From: Candidatus Peregrinibacteria bacterium | GTDB taxonomy: Bacteria; Patescibacteriota; Gracilibacteria; UBA1369; LOWO2-01-FULL-3 | Reading direction: 5' to 3' | Assembly: GCA_018664365.1 (NCBI GenBank) | Contig: JABJOK010000103.1 | Span: forward strand, 1-33,355 | Length of the DNA stretch: 33,355 bases | In this document: positions 22,300 to 32,004 of the stretch, one piece after another | Layout of the letters: every line of letters starts with the position of its first letter | How positions within the stretch are numbered: the first letter of the stretch is position 1 | Program-made: the position numbers and the translations under genes | Notes under the pieces: model-generated | The model's database searches: none | Seen by the model: the letters and a program-made list of their open reading frames with translations, nothing else | What the model was told of the DNA's origin: nothing

Positions 22300-22784
22300 A
22301 ACAGTAAATCTTCTGTCTTAGATCCTTTTCCCATTCTATCCGGAAACATAATTCCGTCTAGGTGGTCGTTTTCATGCTGAACCTCTCGAGCATTAAGACC
22401 GCTTAGCTTAAGCACCTGATTATGTCCGTCTACATCTTTAAATTCAACCACGCAATTTACATACCTTTCAACCTTCCCATACATTCCAGGAAGACTTAGA
22501 CACCCCTCTTCATCGATTTCCATCTTATTATCAGGATATGTGATCTCAGGATTAAAAAGCGCAATCAACTTCTGGCCTGCCTTTCCATAGTCCAGCGTAA
22601 TTAAAAACATTCGCACATTTTCTCCCACCTGTGGAGCTGCAAGCCCAAGTCCACTAGCTGAGGTCATCGTCTCCTTCATGTCCTTTACCAGCTTCTTTAA
22701 AGACTTATCAAAATTTTTCACAGGCTCACTCACCTTGCGGAGAATAGGGTTGTCGAGGCCTGTAATAATTTTAAGCTTAGCCAT
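22296..22784 (-). CDS. def: Peptide deformylase
   Basis: All three signature motifs are present: GLAAPQVG, EGCLSLPG and HENDHLDG. Confidence 0.95.
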   Translation of the reverse strand: MAKLKIITGLDNPILRKVSEPVKNFDKSLKKLVKDMKETMTSASGLGLAAPQVGENVRMFLITLDYGKAGQKLIALFNPEITYPDNKMEIDEEGCLSLPGMYGKVERYVNCVVEFKDVDGHNQVLKLSGLNAREVQHENDHLDGIMFPDRMGKGSKTEDLLF

Positions 22785-22786
22785 AT

Positions 22787-23884
22787 TTAGTACTTAAATT
22801 TAGCATTCTTTAACTCTGCTTCAATAAATCCGTCTATCTCTCCATCAAACACTGCATCTGGATTATTTTCTTCATAATCAGTTCGATGATCTTTTACCAT
22901 TTTATATGGATGCAACACATAAGATCTAATTTGATTTCCCCAGGCAATATCCTTTGGTTCTCCACGGAGTTTACCAATTTCATCTGTTTGCTGCTCTTCC
23001 ATCAAATCTACAATTCTAGAATGCAGAACTTTCATCGCGTGTTCTTTGTTTTGAAGCTGGCTACGTTCATTTTGACACTGAACGACGAGTCCAGTCGGTA
23101 TGTGCGTAATACGCACCGCAGAATCAGTTGTATTAACTCCCTGTCCACCACATCCACCAGCCCTATACACATCAATCTTTAAATCATCTTCTTTAATATC
23201 TATATCTTCGAAATGAATCTCTGGCAGAATCTCAACCAGCACAAACGAAGTCTCCCTAGTATGTTTAGAGTTAAATGGTGAAAGGCGAACTAGTCTATGT
23301 ATTCCTCTTTCGCCTTTTAGGTATCCATAGGCAAACTGGCCTTTTACCTGAAAGGTCACGCTTTTAATTCCTGCCTCCTCCCCAGCTGACTTATCCATCA
23401 CAATTACCTCAAACTCCATCCTTTCAGCATATTTCAGATACATTCGTAGAAGCATCTCTCCAAAATCCTGTGCATCAGTTCCTCCAGTTCCTGCATGAAT
23501 TGTAATGATCGCATTGTTCTCATCGTACTTCCCACTTAGGAATGTTGAGATCTCTAATTTTTTCCATCTTTCTCCAAGCTTTTTAACCATACTTACAAAC
23601 TCCTCTGCAGCCTCAGGATCCTTTTCTGGATGAATCTCTGGAAGCAGTCCATTTAGCTCATCAGTTTCACCAATAATTCCTTCCCAGATATCTATTGTTT
23701 TAGTTATATTTGCCGCTTTTTGGCTAATTTCTTGAGCCTTATCACTATCATCCCAAAATCCAGGAGCAGCCATCTCTTTATTCAATTTTTCAACCTCTTC
23801 TTTCTTTCCAGGAATATCAACTTTTTTCAGTCCATCTTTAATAAATGCCGTTAGTTCTTTCAGTTCTGCCTTTATTTCATGCAT
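22787..23884 (-). CDS. prfB: Peptide chain release factor 2, contiguous ORF with no programmed frameshift
   Basis: The protein has the SPF tripeptide (RLSPFNS), the GGQ motif (GGCGGQGVNTTDSAVRITHIPTG) and QNERSQLQNK. The track ORF extends to 23926. M15 (23884, MHEIKAELKEL) aligns better with RF2 N-termini. Confidence 0.9.
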   Translation of the reverse strand: MHEIKAELKELTAFIKDGLKKVDIPGKKEEVEKLNKEMAAPGFWDDSDKAQEISQKAANITKTIDIWEGIIGETDELNGLLPEIHPEKDPEAAEEFVSMVKKLGERWKKLEISTFLSGKYDENNAIITIHAGTGGTDAQDFGEMLLRMYLKYAERMEFEVIVMDKSAGEEAGIKSVTFQVKGQFAYGYLKGERGIHRLVRLSPFNSKHTRETSFVLVEILPEIHFEDIDIKEDDLKIDVYRAGGCGGQGVNTTDSAVRITHIPTGLVVQCQNERSQLQNKEHAMKVLHSRIVDLMEEQQTDEIGKLRGEPKDIAWGNQIRSYVLHPYKMVKDHRTDYEENNPDAVFDGEIDGFIEAELKNAKFKY

Positions 23885-23926
23885 AAAAATAGGTAAATTA
23901 TCGGAAGTGAGTATAACATAGGCCAC

Positions 23927-25411
23927 ATGTCGATCGCACGAAAAATTTTGTCCAATACGATAGCTCAGGTTATTGGAAAAATAGTAGTAGCATTCATCGG
24001 GCTTGCAGTTGTAAAAATAGCTACAAACTATCTTTCTTTAGAAGGATATGGTGAATACGTACTGATTTATGAGTTTTTAGCTTTCTTTGGAATAGCTGCC
24101 GATTTAGGGCTTTTTACTATTGCCGTAAAAGAAATGTCCGAAGACGAAAAAAGGATTCCTATGATTATTGGAAACATCCTTTCCCTAAGGACTATCCTAG
24201 TAACTATAACGATGGGGTTGGCAGTCCTAACAGTATTCCTGGTTCCAAAATATGCAGATACACGCGTACCAATAGGTGTTGCGATTGCAGCCTTTACTGT
24301 GTTTGTAACTATTTTAAATGGAACAATCTCAAGCGTATTGCAGACAAAGCTCAAGATGGAAATAGCCTCACTTACAACTGTGCTCGGGCGAATCGTTTCA
24401 CTCGGACTTATGATTTATGTAGTCTTTTTTGGATTCAAGACAGACACAAATATGGGGTTTTATATGTTGATTGCAGCTGGAGTTGTTGGAAACCTTGCAA
24501 TGCTTCTTTCTACTAACTACTTCGTTAAAAAAATTACGCCACTTGAATACAGATTTGATCTAGATCTCTGGAAGGAAGTGTTGATAAAGTCACTCCCCTA
24601 TGGGCTTGCGCTTATTTTAAATACAATTTATTTCCGTGTAGATTCAATTTTAATTTCTGTAATAAAAGACCAGGAAGAGGTAGGAATCTATGGAGTTGCG
24701 ATGAAGATGCTTGAGCACTTTGCGATTCTTCCTCTCTACTTTATGAATTCGGTACTTCCTGTTCTCACAAAGGCAGTAAAAGAGAAGTCAGAAAGATATA
24801 AGAAAATTATTAGATACGCCTTCGACTTCTTGGCAGCTATGGCCGTTCCTATGGTGGTAGGAGGGTTCGTACTGGCCTTCCCCATCATATTTGTAGTATC
24901 TAGCCCAGAATACTTAAGTCGCCTCTCTGAGGGCTTCTATGGTTCCGACATTGCCTTTCAGATATTGATCTTTGCACTGTTGTTCCAATTCCTAAATGTG
25001 CTCTTTGCCTTTATTTTAATTTCGGTAAACAAACAGTCTCGGTTACTTCTTATAAACGGGTCAGTGGTGATTTTTAATATCGTTACAAATATTATTTTTA
25101 TTCCAGAGTACGGATTTCGCGGAGCAGCTCTAACCAGTGTGATTTCAGAGTTCTTAATATTGGTTGCCACCTGGACAGTAGCTAAGCGCTATTTGAAGTT
25201 TTCAGTTAATCTCAAAAATCTAGCAAAGATAATCTTTTCTGCCCTTGTAATGGGTGCAGCAGTTCATTATTTGCAGCCATACACGTATGAACTCATAGAA
25301 AACTGGAGTATTCTATTGCTCATTCCACTTGGAGGAGCTATCTACGTTGCAATGCTCTTCCTTACAAAAACAGTCGATAAAGAAATGCTGGCACTAATAA
25401 GAAGAAAATAA
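23927..25411 (+). CDS. MOP-superfamily polysaccharide/oligosaccharide flippase (Wzx/MurJ-like)
   Basis: The 494-aa protein has about 12-14 TM segments. Its N-terminus KILSNTIAQVIGKIVVAFIGLAVVKIATNYLSLEGYGEY is typical of the polysaccharide-biosynthesis-protein family. Confidence 0.75.
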   Translation: MSIARKILSNTIAQVIGKIVVAFIGLAVVKIATNYLSLEGYGEYVLIYEFLAFFGIAADLGLFTIAVKEMSEDEKRIPMIIGNILSLRTILVTITMGLAVLTVFLVPKYADTRVPIGVAIAAFTVFVTILNGTISSVLQTKLKMEIASLTTVLGRIVSLGLMIYVVFFGFKTDTNMGFYMLIAAGVVGNLAMLLSTNYFVKKITPLEYRFDLDLWKEVLIKSLPYGLALILNTIYFRVDSILISVIKDQEEVGIYGVAMKMLEHFAILPLYFMNSVLPVLTKAVKEKSERYKKIIRYAFDFLAAMAVPMVVGGFVLAFPIIFVVSSPEYLSRLSEGFYGSDIAFQILIFALLFQFLNVLFAFILISVNKQSRLLLINGSVVIFNIVTNIIFIPEYGFRGAALTSVISEFLILVATWTVAKRYLKFSVNLKNLAKIIFSALVMGAAVHYLQPYTYELIENWSILLLIPLGGAIYVAMLFLTKTVDKEMLALIRRK

Positions 25412-25418
25412 TTTAAGA

Positions 25419-26786
25419 CTATTTCAACTTCTTAACATAACCGACAAACGCTTTTCCTCTTTCTTTATAATTCTCAAATTGGTCAAAGCTCGCAGCTGCA
25501 GGAGACATAACTACAACTCCTCCCTCTTCAGCTTCAGCGAATGCAGTAAGGACAGATTCTTCCAGATTTTGCCGTCTCAATACTTGAGTGGGAGAACCTT
25601 CAGCCTCTCCTAATTTTTCATCAGCCTCCACGATTGCATCTTCCATAATTGAGGCAGTATCACCCATCAGAATAACTATCTTCAGGCTAGGCTTAGTAAG
25701 GATTTTAAGTGCCCATTCATTGTAGTTAAGTCCCTTGTCGTAACCTCCCGCAATCAAAATAGTTGGATCTTCAAAAGAGTCTACGGCAGCCATTGATGTA
25801 ATTGGCCCAGTGGAGAAAGAGTCATTATAAAATTTAATCTTCTTCACCTCTTTAACAAACTCTAGCCTATTAGGAAGTCCTTCAAAACCCTTGATCACTT
25901 TCTTAATATGCTTCATATCAACTCCCATAGTCTTTGCAATAACAATTGAAGGCATAATGTTTTCCAAATTATGCGATCCAATCAGTGCAACATCAGAAAC
26001 CTTGCATACCTTTTCTTTTTTTCCTTTTTCGGAATAATAGATCTCATCATTTTCCACATAAGCACCCTCTTTTAGCTCCTCCTTTACGCTAACAAATTTT
26101 GTCATGCCTTTAACGACAGGCTCATAAAACTTCACATATTCATAATCTTTATTCAAAACAGCCACGTCCTCACTTTTTTGATGAGCAAGTAAAGCCTCCT
26201 TTGCACGCATATATTCATCTTTGTCAGCATGATAGTCCAAATGGTCTTCGGTAGTATTGAGCAAGACAGCAAAGTCAGGACTCGCCTTCATATCTTGCAA
26301 TTGGAAACTAGAGAGCTCAAGAACAACGACACTATCTGCATCCGTTATATTCAATAATGAAATTGCAGGATCACCGATATTACCAGCAACATGAGAGTCC
26401 ATTCCAGACGCCTTAAGCATTTCATGGATTAAAGTACATGTTGTTCCTTTCCCTTTAGTCCCAGTAACTCCAACAACCTTGCATGGTCTTTGATCTAAAA
26501 AATAAGCTGTTGAGCTAGTTACATCAACACCTTTTGCTATGGCAGCCTGAATCCCCGGTTCAAGATATTTAACTCCAGGACTTCTAAATACAACATCGAA
26601 TTGGTCTAAATCATGCAAATAAGACTCTCCTAAATGTGCAGAAACGCCATCTCCCAGCTTGGCTTTCAAATCAACATCTTGATCACAAACAGTCAACTCA
26701 TGATAGCCTTTATCATATAAATAATTGTAAATAGCCCTTCCTTCAGCGCCATATCCTAGAATTGCAATTTTGCTTCGTTGATCCAT
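25419..26786 (-). CDS. murD: UDP-N-acetylmuramoyl-L-alanine--D-glutamate ligase
   Basis: The protein has an N-terminal Rossmann motif (IAILGYGAEG), the Mur ligase P-loop (GVTGTKGKGTT), LLNTTEDHLDYH, GSHNLENI and GLPNRLEFV. Confidence 0.85.
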   Translation of the reverse strand: MDQRSKIAILGYGAEGRAIYNYLYDKGYHELTVCDQDVDLKAKLGDGVSAHLGESYLHDLDQFDVVFRSPGVKYLEPGIQAAIAKGVDVTSSTAYFLDQRPCKVVGVTGTKGKGTTCTLIHEMLKASGMDSHVAGNIGDPAISLLNITDADSVVVLELSSFQLQDMKASPDFAVLLNTTEDHLDYHADKDEYMRAKEALLAHQKSEDVAVLNKDYEYVKFYEPVVKGMTKFVSVKEELKEGAYVENDEIYYSEKGKKEKVCKVSDVALIGSHNLENIMPSIVIAKTMGVDMKHIKKVIKGFEGLPNRLEFVKEVKKIKFYNDSFSTGPITSMAAVDSFEDPTILIAGGYDKGLNYNEWALKILTKPSLKIVILMGDTASIMEDAIVEADEKLGEAEGSPTQVLRRQNLEESVLTAFAEAEEGGVVVMSPAAASFDQFENYKERGKAFVGYVKKLK

Positions 26787-26892
26787 AAGATGAGGTTACA
26801 TCAGTAAATTTATAGCAATAAACCGGCTTTTATGCTACAATTAATATGTTAAGCGGTCATAAATAGTATATTTTGTAAAAAGAAAAATAAGA

Positions 26893-28962
26893 ATGGACAA
26901 GTTAGATGCATGGATGAAGAGAGCTTTCAGTTTAGATAAACCGGAGGAGATATCTTCAACTTCCAAGGAGAAGAAAACTTTTTCTACGCCCAAAGGCAAG
27001 AAAAAGGTAGTTCAACAAAAGGAAGAAAAAAAACAATCAGGCAGAATTAAACGACATAAAAGTCAGAAAAATAATAGTAATCATAATAATAACACTAATA
27101 AACAAGTGAAAGAGAACAGAAAAAGAGACGATAAGAGAGATACTCAACAAAAAAAATCTCCAACAAAAAAGACAAATAGGCCGCAAGGAGGCACAAATCA
27201 ATCCCACCAATCAACACACAAGGGATCAGCTAAACCACCAAGATCTCCATACAAGGGGTCAAGCAAACCCGCTGTAATCCACAAAGGAAAGGTAAAGATC
27301 ATTCCTCTTGGAGGACTTAACGAGGTAGGTAAAAACATGCTGGCAATCGAATATGAAAACGACATTGTCATCGTAGATATGGGATTCGAATTTCCAGGTG
27401 AAGATATGCTCGGGATAGATTACGTAATTCCGGACATCACATATTTAGAAGAAAATAAGAAACGTATCCGTGGAGTAGTTATTACACACGGGCACTTAGA
27501 TCATATTGGAGGAATTCCTTATATACTTCCAAAGTTAGATTATCCACCTATTTATGCAACAAAGCTAACTAAGGGGTTAATTGAAAAGCGTGGAGAAGAG
27601 TTCAAGCAGATGAATTTAATGAAACTGCACACTATAGATCCGGACAAACCGATCAAGTTAGGAGTCTTTTTATTTAAATTCTTCAGAGTGTGTCATTCAA
27701 TTCCGGATGCAGTAGGACTTGAGATAGATACTCCAATTGGAAAAATAGTTCACACTGGAGATTTCAAGTTCGACGACTCTCCATCAATTCCACAAGGACG
27801 AGCTGATATGGATAAAATAGAGGCACTAGGAGATAAAAATGTACTCGCACTTTTTTGCGAATCAACCAACTCTGTAAAACCAGGACACAGTATGTCCGAA
27901 AAAGAAGTTGGAAAAGTTTTGCTTAAGGAGATTTCTGAGTGTAAAGGCCGCATAATTGTAGCCTCATTCTCAAGCCAAATAGGGCGAATTCAACAGATAT
28001 TAGACGCAGCTGAAAAATGCGGCAGAAATGTCTTCATAAGTGGACGCAGCATGCGCACAAACATGAATATAGCTTCAGAGCTTGGTTATCTAAAATTCAA
28101 ACCAGATTCAATAAAAGATGTTAAGAGATATAACAAACAGAACAAAACAGCCGACGAAAAAACCCTAATAATCACAACCGGTTCCCAAGGAGAATCCGTT
28201 TCTGCCCTTACAAGAATGGCAAACAAGGAACATCCACAGGTACAGGTTAAGAAGGGCGACACAATTATTCTTTCTTCATCTCCAATTATCGGAAATGAAC
28301 GAGCAATCTTTACTGTAATAAATAGTCTTTCTCTACTTGGAGCAAAGATTATTCATAACCAGATCGCAGATGTTCACACATCTGGTCACGGAAAACAGGA
28401 AGAGCTTAAAAAGATGATCAACTTCGTTAAGCCAAAATATCTTATCCCAATTCATGGAGAATACTTCATGAGACAGGCGCTTGGAGATTTGGCTAAGAAA
28501 CACTGCAATATAAAAGAAAACAACGTTATCATGCTCCAAAATGGGGATGTGCTTATGGGAGAACGCGGCAAGGTCAGTAAAGCAAAAGAGAAGATTGAGA
28601 CAAAATATATTCTTATAGATGGAAAGGGAGAAGGACACATTGGATCACAGGTTCAATTTGATCGAGAGATGATGTCTCAGAACGGAGCACTCGCAGTATT
28701 GGTATACATTGATAAAAAGACTAAGAAGCTTAAGGGGGCACCAGACGTTGTCTCAAGAGGATTTATCTACATGCACGAGTCGGATGAGATTACAAAAGAG
28801 ATCGCAAAAATAGCTCGCGATGCATACAAGAGAATCATTGAAAAGAATCCAAAATCAGATCGCAGAGATATCAAACTCTACATAAAACAGACAGTGGACC
28901 AGTACACTCGCAAAAAACTCGAGAGACGACCACTGATCATCCCTCTGATAGTGAATGCTTAA
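26893..28962 (+). CDS. rnj: Ribonuclease J (beta-CASP metallo-beta-lactamase) with a ~130-aa polybasic N-terminal extension
   Basis: The RNase J core (IPLGGLNEVGKNM, VITHGHLDHIGG, beta-CASP region, HTSGHG) starts near aa 130. Residues 1-130 are K/R/N/Q-rich low complexity. Confidence 0.85.
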   Translation: MDKLDAWMKRAFSLDKPEEISSTSKEKKTFSTPKGKKKVVQQKEEKKQSGRIKRHKSQKNNSNHNNNTNKQVKENRKRDDKRDTQQKKSPTKKTNRPQGGTNQSHQSTHKGSAKPPRSPYKGSSKPAVIHKGKVKIIPLGGLNEVGKNMLAIEYENDIVIVDMGFEFPGEDMLGIDYVIPDITYLEENKKRIRGVVITHGHLDHIGGIPYILPKLDYPPIYATKLTKGLIEKRGEEFKQMNLMKLHTIDPDKPIKLGVFLFKFFRVCHSIPDAVGLEIDTPIGKIVHTGDFKFDDSPSIPQGRADMDKIEALGDKNVLALFCESTNSVKPGHSMSEKEVGKVLLKEISECKGRIIVASFSSQIGRIQQILDAAEKCGRNVFISGRSMRTNMNIASELGYLKFKPDSIKDVKRYNKQNKTADEKTLIITTGSQGESVSALTRMANKEHPQVQVKKGDTIILSSSPIIGNERAIFTVINSLSLLGAKIIHNQIADVHTSGHGKQEELKKMINFVKPKYLIPIHGEYFMRQALGDLAKKHCNIKENNVIMLQNGDVLMGERGKVSKAKEKIETKYILIDGKGEGHIGSQVQFDREMMSQNGALAVLVYIDKKTKKLKGAPDVVSRGFIYMHESDEITKEIAKIARDAYKRIIEKNPKSDRRDIKLYIKQTVDQYTRKKLERRPLIIPLIVNA

Positions 28963-28973
28963 AGAAATATGGT

Positions 28974-30614
28974 CTAGTTAAGGACTACTGCCCTACAATG
29001 CAGGGATCCTTCTCTGTACCCCGTTTCTCCACTTAGCTGCATTGTGTCAGTCATATCTATTGGCACGACTTTGAATCCCTCAGATTTATAAATATTTGCA
29101 GCCTCTTCGTCTTCATCAATTCCATATTGAGGAAGCATTACAACCTTTTCGTTATCACTATTAGTAAACATAAGGCAATTAGTATAATTCATTGCTGCGT
29201 ATGGACCGCAAGGAAGGGGCACAACTCTAAATCCTAATTTATCAAATTGTGATTTAACCTCATTTAAATAGGTCCGTACACCTTGAGAATAGTCTTCTCT
29301 TCCTTGAACGCTGGTACAAAAGGACAAGCTTTCACCACGATGACTGGTTGCAGTTTTTACAGCCATATCGATATGGAAAAACGGAAAATCCTTCGGGGTT
29401 TCACCAGAAAGAGACTCCATAAGCATTTTTTTATAAGCTATCATTCCATTACTGCCCTTGTATTCATTCATATGGCGCTCACCAGGAATAATAACCTCGT
29501 CAACACCAAGGGCTTTAGCATATTTCTTTTTAGCAGATGCTACTCTTTTCCAAAAATAATCCGGATTCATCCATTTATCACTTCCAAGCGAATACACGCT
29601 ATCAAAAAAATTCATTAAGACATGTCTTCCAACAAGTGCGGCCATTTTTCCGTCTGGCAATCTAGTCACAGATAAATCCCCTCCTCTAAGAGGAGGAACA
29701 ACCATTTTTCGAGAAAAATCAGCTGGATACTTATCTACAATAAGGTCATCTCCTATAAACTGCACTCCCCTTGTCGAGGCTGTCCTTAAGGATTCATCAC
29801 AGATAAGATGAGTATCAAGAAGGGCTCGTCCTTGTACATCGTATTCATATTTACGTAGATTCGAAGATGTTAATTTTACATCAGCACGACTTGTTCCAAT
29901 AAGAAAACGCCCCTGATCATCCTGAGACCCAGATGCAAAGACAACGTCCTGCATGTAGTCATTGCCTTCAGGACTAAAAGGAAGTTCATATAGGGAAATA
30001 CTTAGGTGAGGATAATCAGATTGAATTTCTTCAATATCTGATTCAATGCCTTCAGGTATAACAATTTTTACAGCAGTACCTTCAGCAAGAGATTTAAAAA
30101 GTGAGCCATATCTTTCTGAAACCGCATTTGGTAAATCGCGAGCACTCACAAGTTTTGATTCAGGATTTATACCCACCATAATATTTGCTCCGGTTCTTTC
30201 ATCTTCTGGAATAATTTCACCCGGTTTAAAAAAATCTATATCCTCATTCAGCAAATCATCCACAGCAGCCTTAAGCGCTGGGATAGTATCGTCAGACATT
30301 TTACTTTCATCTGTAAAATCAGTTGCAACTGTATCGACAGCACGCGACACTCCGCCAGCAACAGCAACAATTGCAGCAGCTCCTGCTAATAAAAGAAACC
30401 TTCTCCTATCCCTCCTAACCTCTCTTGGCATAAACCTTTGGCGCATATCTCGATCATCAGGATCGCTCCATTTAAGAGCATCTTTTATGGCAATTCCTGT
30501 GCTTTTAGCATAAAAACCAATATCACTAAAAACAGCACGCACAGGGTGCGCTTTTCTTCGTTCCAGCTCTCTTCCCCTCATCTGAGGTCTTTCAAATAAT
30601 GGCATAAGCATCAA
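28974..30614 (-). CDS. Exported (Tat-like signal or anchor) amidinotransferase-fold / guanidino-group-modifying enzyme superfamily protein
   Basis: A twin-arginine-like motif, RRDRRRFLLLAGAAAIVAVAGGVSRA, spans aa ~67-92. The C-terminal half carries the fold's motifs in order: GGDLSV...AALVG, FFHIDMAV, NYTNCLMF, and a terminal EGSLHCRAVVLN. The last resembles the catalytic Cys context seen in agmatine/arginine deiminases and DDAH. Confidence 0.45.
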   Translation of the reverse strand: MMLMPLFERPQMRGRELERRKAHPVRAVFSDIGFYAKSTGIAIKDALKWSDPDDRDMRQRFMPREVRRDRRRFLLLAGAAAIVAVAGGVSRAVDTVATDFTDESKMSDDTIPALKAAVDDLLNEDIDFFKPGEIIPEDERTGANIMVGINPESKLVSARDLPNAVSERYGSLFKSLAEGTAVKIVIPEGIESDIEEIQSDYPHLSISLYELPFSPEGNDYMQDVVFASGSQDDQGRFLIGTSRADVKLTSSNLRKYEYDVQGRALLDTHLICDESLRTASTRGVQFIGDDLIVDKYPADFSRKMVVPPLRGGDLSVTRLPDGKMAALVGRHVLMNFFDSVYSLGSDKWMNPDYFWKRVASAKKKYAKALGVDEVIIPGERHMNEYKGSNGMIAYKKMLMESLSGETPKDFPFFHIDMAVKTATSHRGESLSFCTSVQGREDYSQGVRTYLNEVKSQFDKLGFRVVPLPCGPYAAMNYTNCLMFTNSDNEKVVMLPQYGIDEDEEAANIYKSEGFKVVPIDMTDTMQLSGETGYREGSLHCRAVVLN

Positions 30615-30628
30615 ATTTTAAGCCTACC

Positions 30629-30657
30629 ATAGTACAATGTTTAGCGCAAAATGTCAA
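30629..30657 (-). promoter_or_regulatory. Sigma70 promoter TTGACA-N17-TACTAT for the 546-aa gene
   Basis: The minus strand reads gcTGTTGACAttttgcgctaaacattgTACTATgg. The -10 ends 14 nt before the first ATG (30614), which implies a very short leader. Confidence 0.5.
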
Positions 30658-30745
30658 CAGCAGAAAGGAGAGATTTGCCCAGGTGCATGCGAAGAGGTGA
30701 GAGATGAAAAATTCTTCCACTAGCATAGGAAAGTATTAAAGATGT

Positions 30746-31984
30746 TTAAATAGAAATCTGTGCAATCGAAATATGGTCACCGTGATTCACATCAACGTGC
30801 TGCATTTTCCCATCTACCAGCATTTCAAATCCATCCGGAGAGTTTTGACGATGCTTAACAGTTATTGCAATTTGTTTAGCAGCATTTGGACCATATTGAA
30901 GAACATACTGAGTCATTTCTTCTGCGCTCATAAAGCCTGAAATGCCATCAGAGCACACAATAACAACATCCCCTTTGCATGCGCTTTGAGTCCCAAAGTT
31001 TGGACAATCAAATCCTTTGTCACTTATGCAATTATTTATAATTCCACTAAAAGGACTTTCAAGTGCCTGTATTTTGGAGATAGATCCTGCATCAATAAGT
31101 GTTTGAACAAATTTCTGATCAATAGATTCATATCTAATGATTGGAGTTCTCGATGGAGAAAAATGAATAACTTTTGCGTCACCAACATTCATCATACTGA
31201 TACCAAGGTTTTCATTTGGATTTCTAAAAACTCTGGCTATTGCAAAGGTAGTAGAAGATCCTCTTAAGTCTTTAAACCTTCTTAAAAAGGCCACAGCCTT
31301 AGGGAGAACCTCGTCTCGCTGAGCTCGGAGATCAAGGCTGTTACATACGCTTTCAAGAACTCTTCTAGCTGCTTCACCCCCATATGGAGATTTAGAAACT
31401 CCATCTGCCACTGCAACTACCCAGTGCTTTGGATCAACAAGAAGTGCATCTTCATTTTCACTTTTTCCACCAGCTTTTTCAGTTAATCCCCAAAATTTCC
31501 CACCTCTTTCAGATATTTCTCCCTCTTTACCCCCACCAATTGTTCTTCCACCTGTTACATCAATCTCAGTTTCAGTGATGGCCTCGGTCTGACCTACAAT
31601 TCTACAATACAAATTAGGAGCTCCTTCCAGTAATTGAAGGATAAAAACCATTCTTTCCGCAGTTATAACACTTTGAGTTATCAAGAAGAAATGCTCAGGA
31701 AGCTTTGCAGAAACTTCAGCATTCAGTCCCAATCCTCTTTGAAAAACATCTCTACCAAGACTTGTTCCACCCATGGGTAAAAACCCGAATTCCTTTTTTG
31801 TGTAAGGACTTCTTATTCCTTCAGATTGGTCTTTACGATAGATTTCTCCAATAACATAAGGCTTGCCTTCAATATTCACAGCAAGTTCTATGACACTAGT
31901 GCCAATATTGAACTGAGCCATAATTTCTTGCCCCCCAAGACGCTTGTAATCGGTTAGAGAAGGGGCTTTCCCAGGTGACTCCAT
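30746..31984 (-). CDS. PP2C-family (PPM) Ser/Thr protein phosphatase with a ~160-aa N-terminal domain of uncertain type (FHA-like?)
   Basis: PP2C motifs are present: SENEDALLV, VAVADGVS...GGEAA, MNVGDAKV, VIVCSDGISGFMS and a C-terminal GDHISIAQI. The N-terminal SLGRD...PEHFFLITQ...LLEGAPNLYCRIVG resembles an FHA core only loosely. Confidence 0.65.
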   Translation of the reverse strand: MESPGKAPSLTDYKRLGGQEIMAQFNIGTSVIELAVNIEGKPYVIGEIYRKDQSEGIRSPYTKKEFGFLPMGGTSLGRDVFQRGLGLNAEVSAKLPEHFFLITQSVITAERMVFILQLLEGAPNLYCRIVGQTEAITETEIDVTGGRTIGGGKEGEISERGGKFWGLTEKAGGKSENEDALLVDPKHWVVAVADGVSKSPYGGEAARRVLESVCNSLDLRAQRDEVLPKAVAFLRRFKDLRGSSTTFAIARVFRNPNENLGISMMNVGDAKVIHFSPSRTPIIRYESIDQKFVQTLIDAGSISKIQALESPFSGIINNCISDKGFDCPNFGTQSACKGDVVIVCSDGISGFMSAEEMTQYVLQYGPNAAKQIAITVKHRQNSPDGFEMLVDGKMQHVDVNHGDHISIAQISI

Positions 31985-32004
31985 AATTATTTTAAAAAGG
32001 AGCT

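Noticed and set aside
23800-23884. A programmed +1 frameshift site (CUU UGA C) in prfB
   Set aside because: The reading frame is continuous through the N-terminal region, and no in-frame UGA or shifty CUU-UGA context is present.
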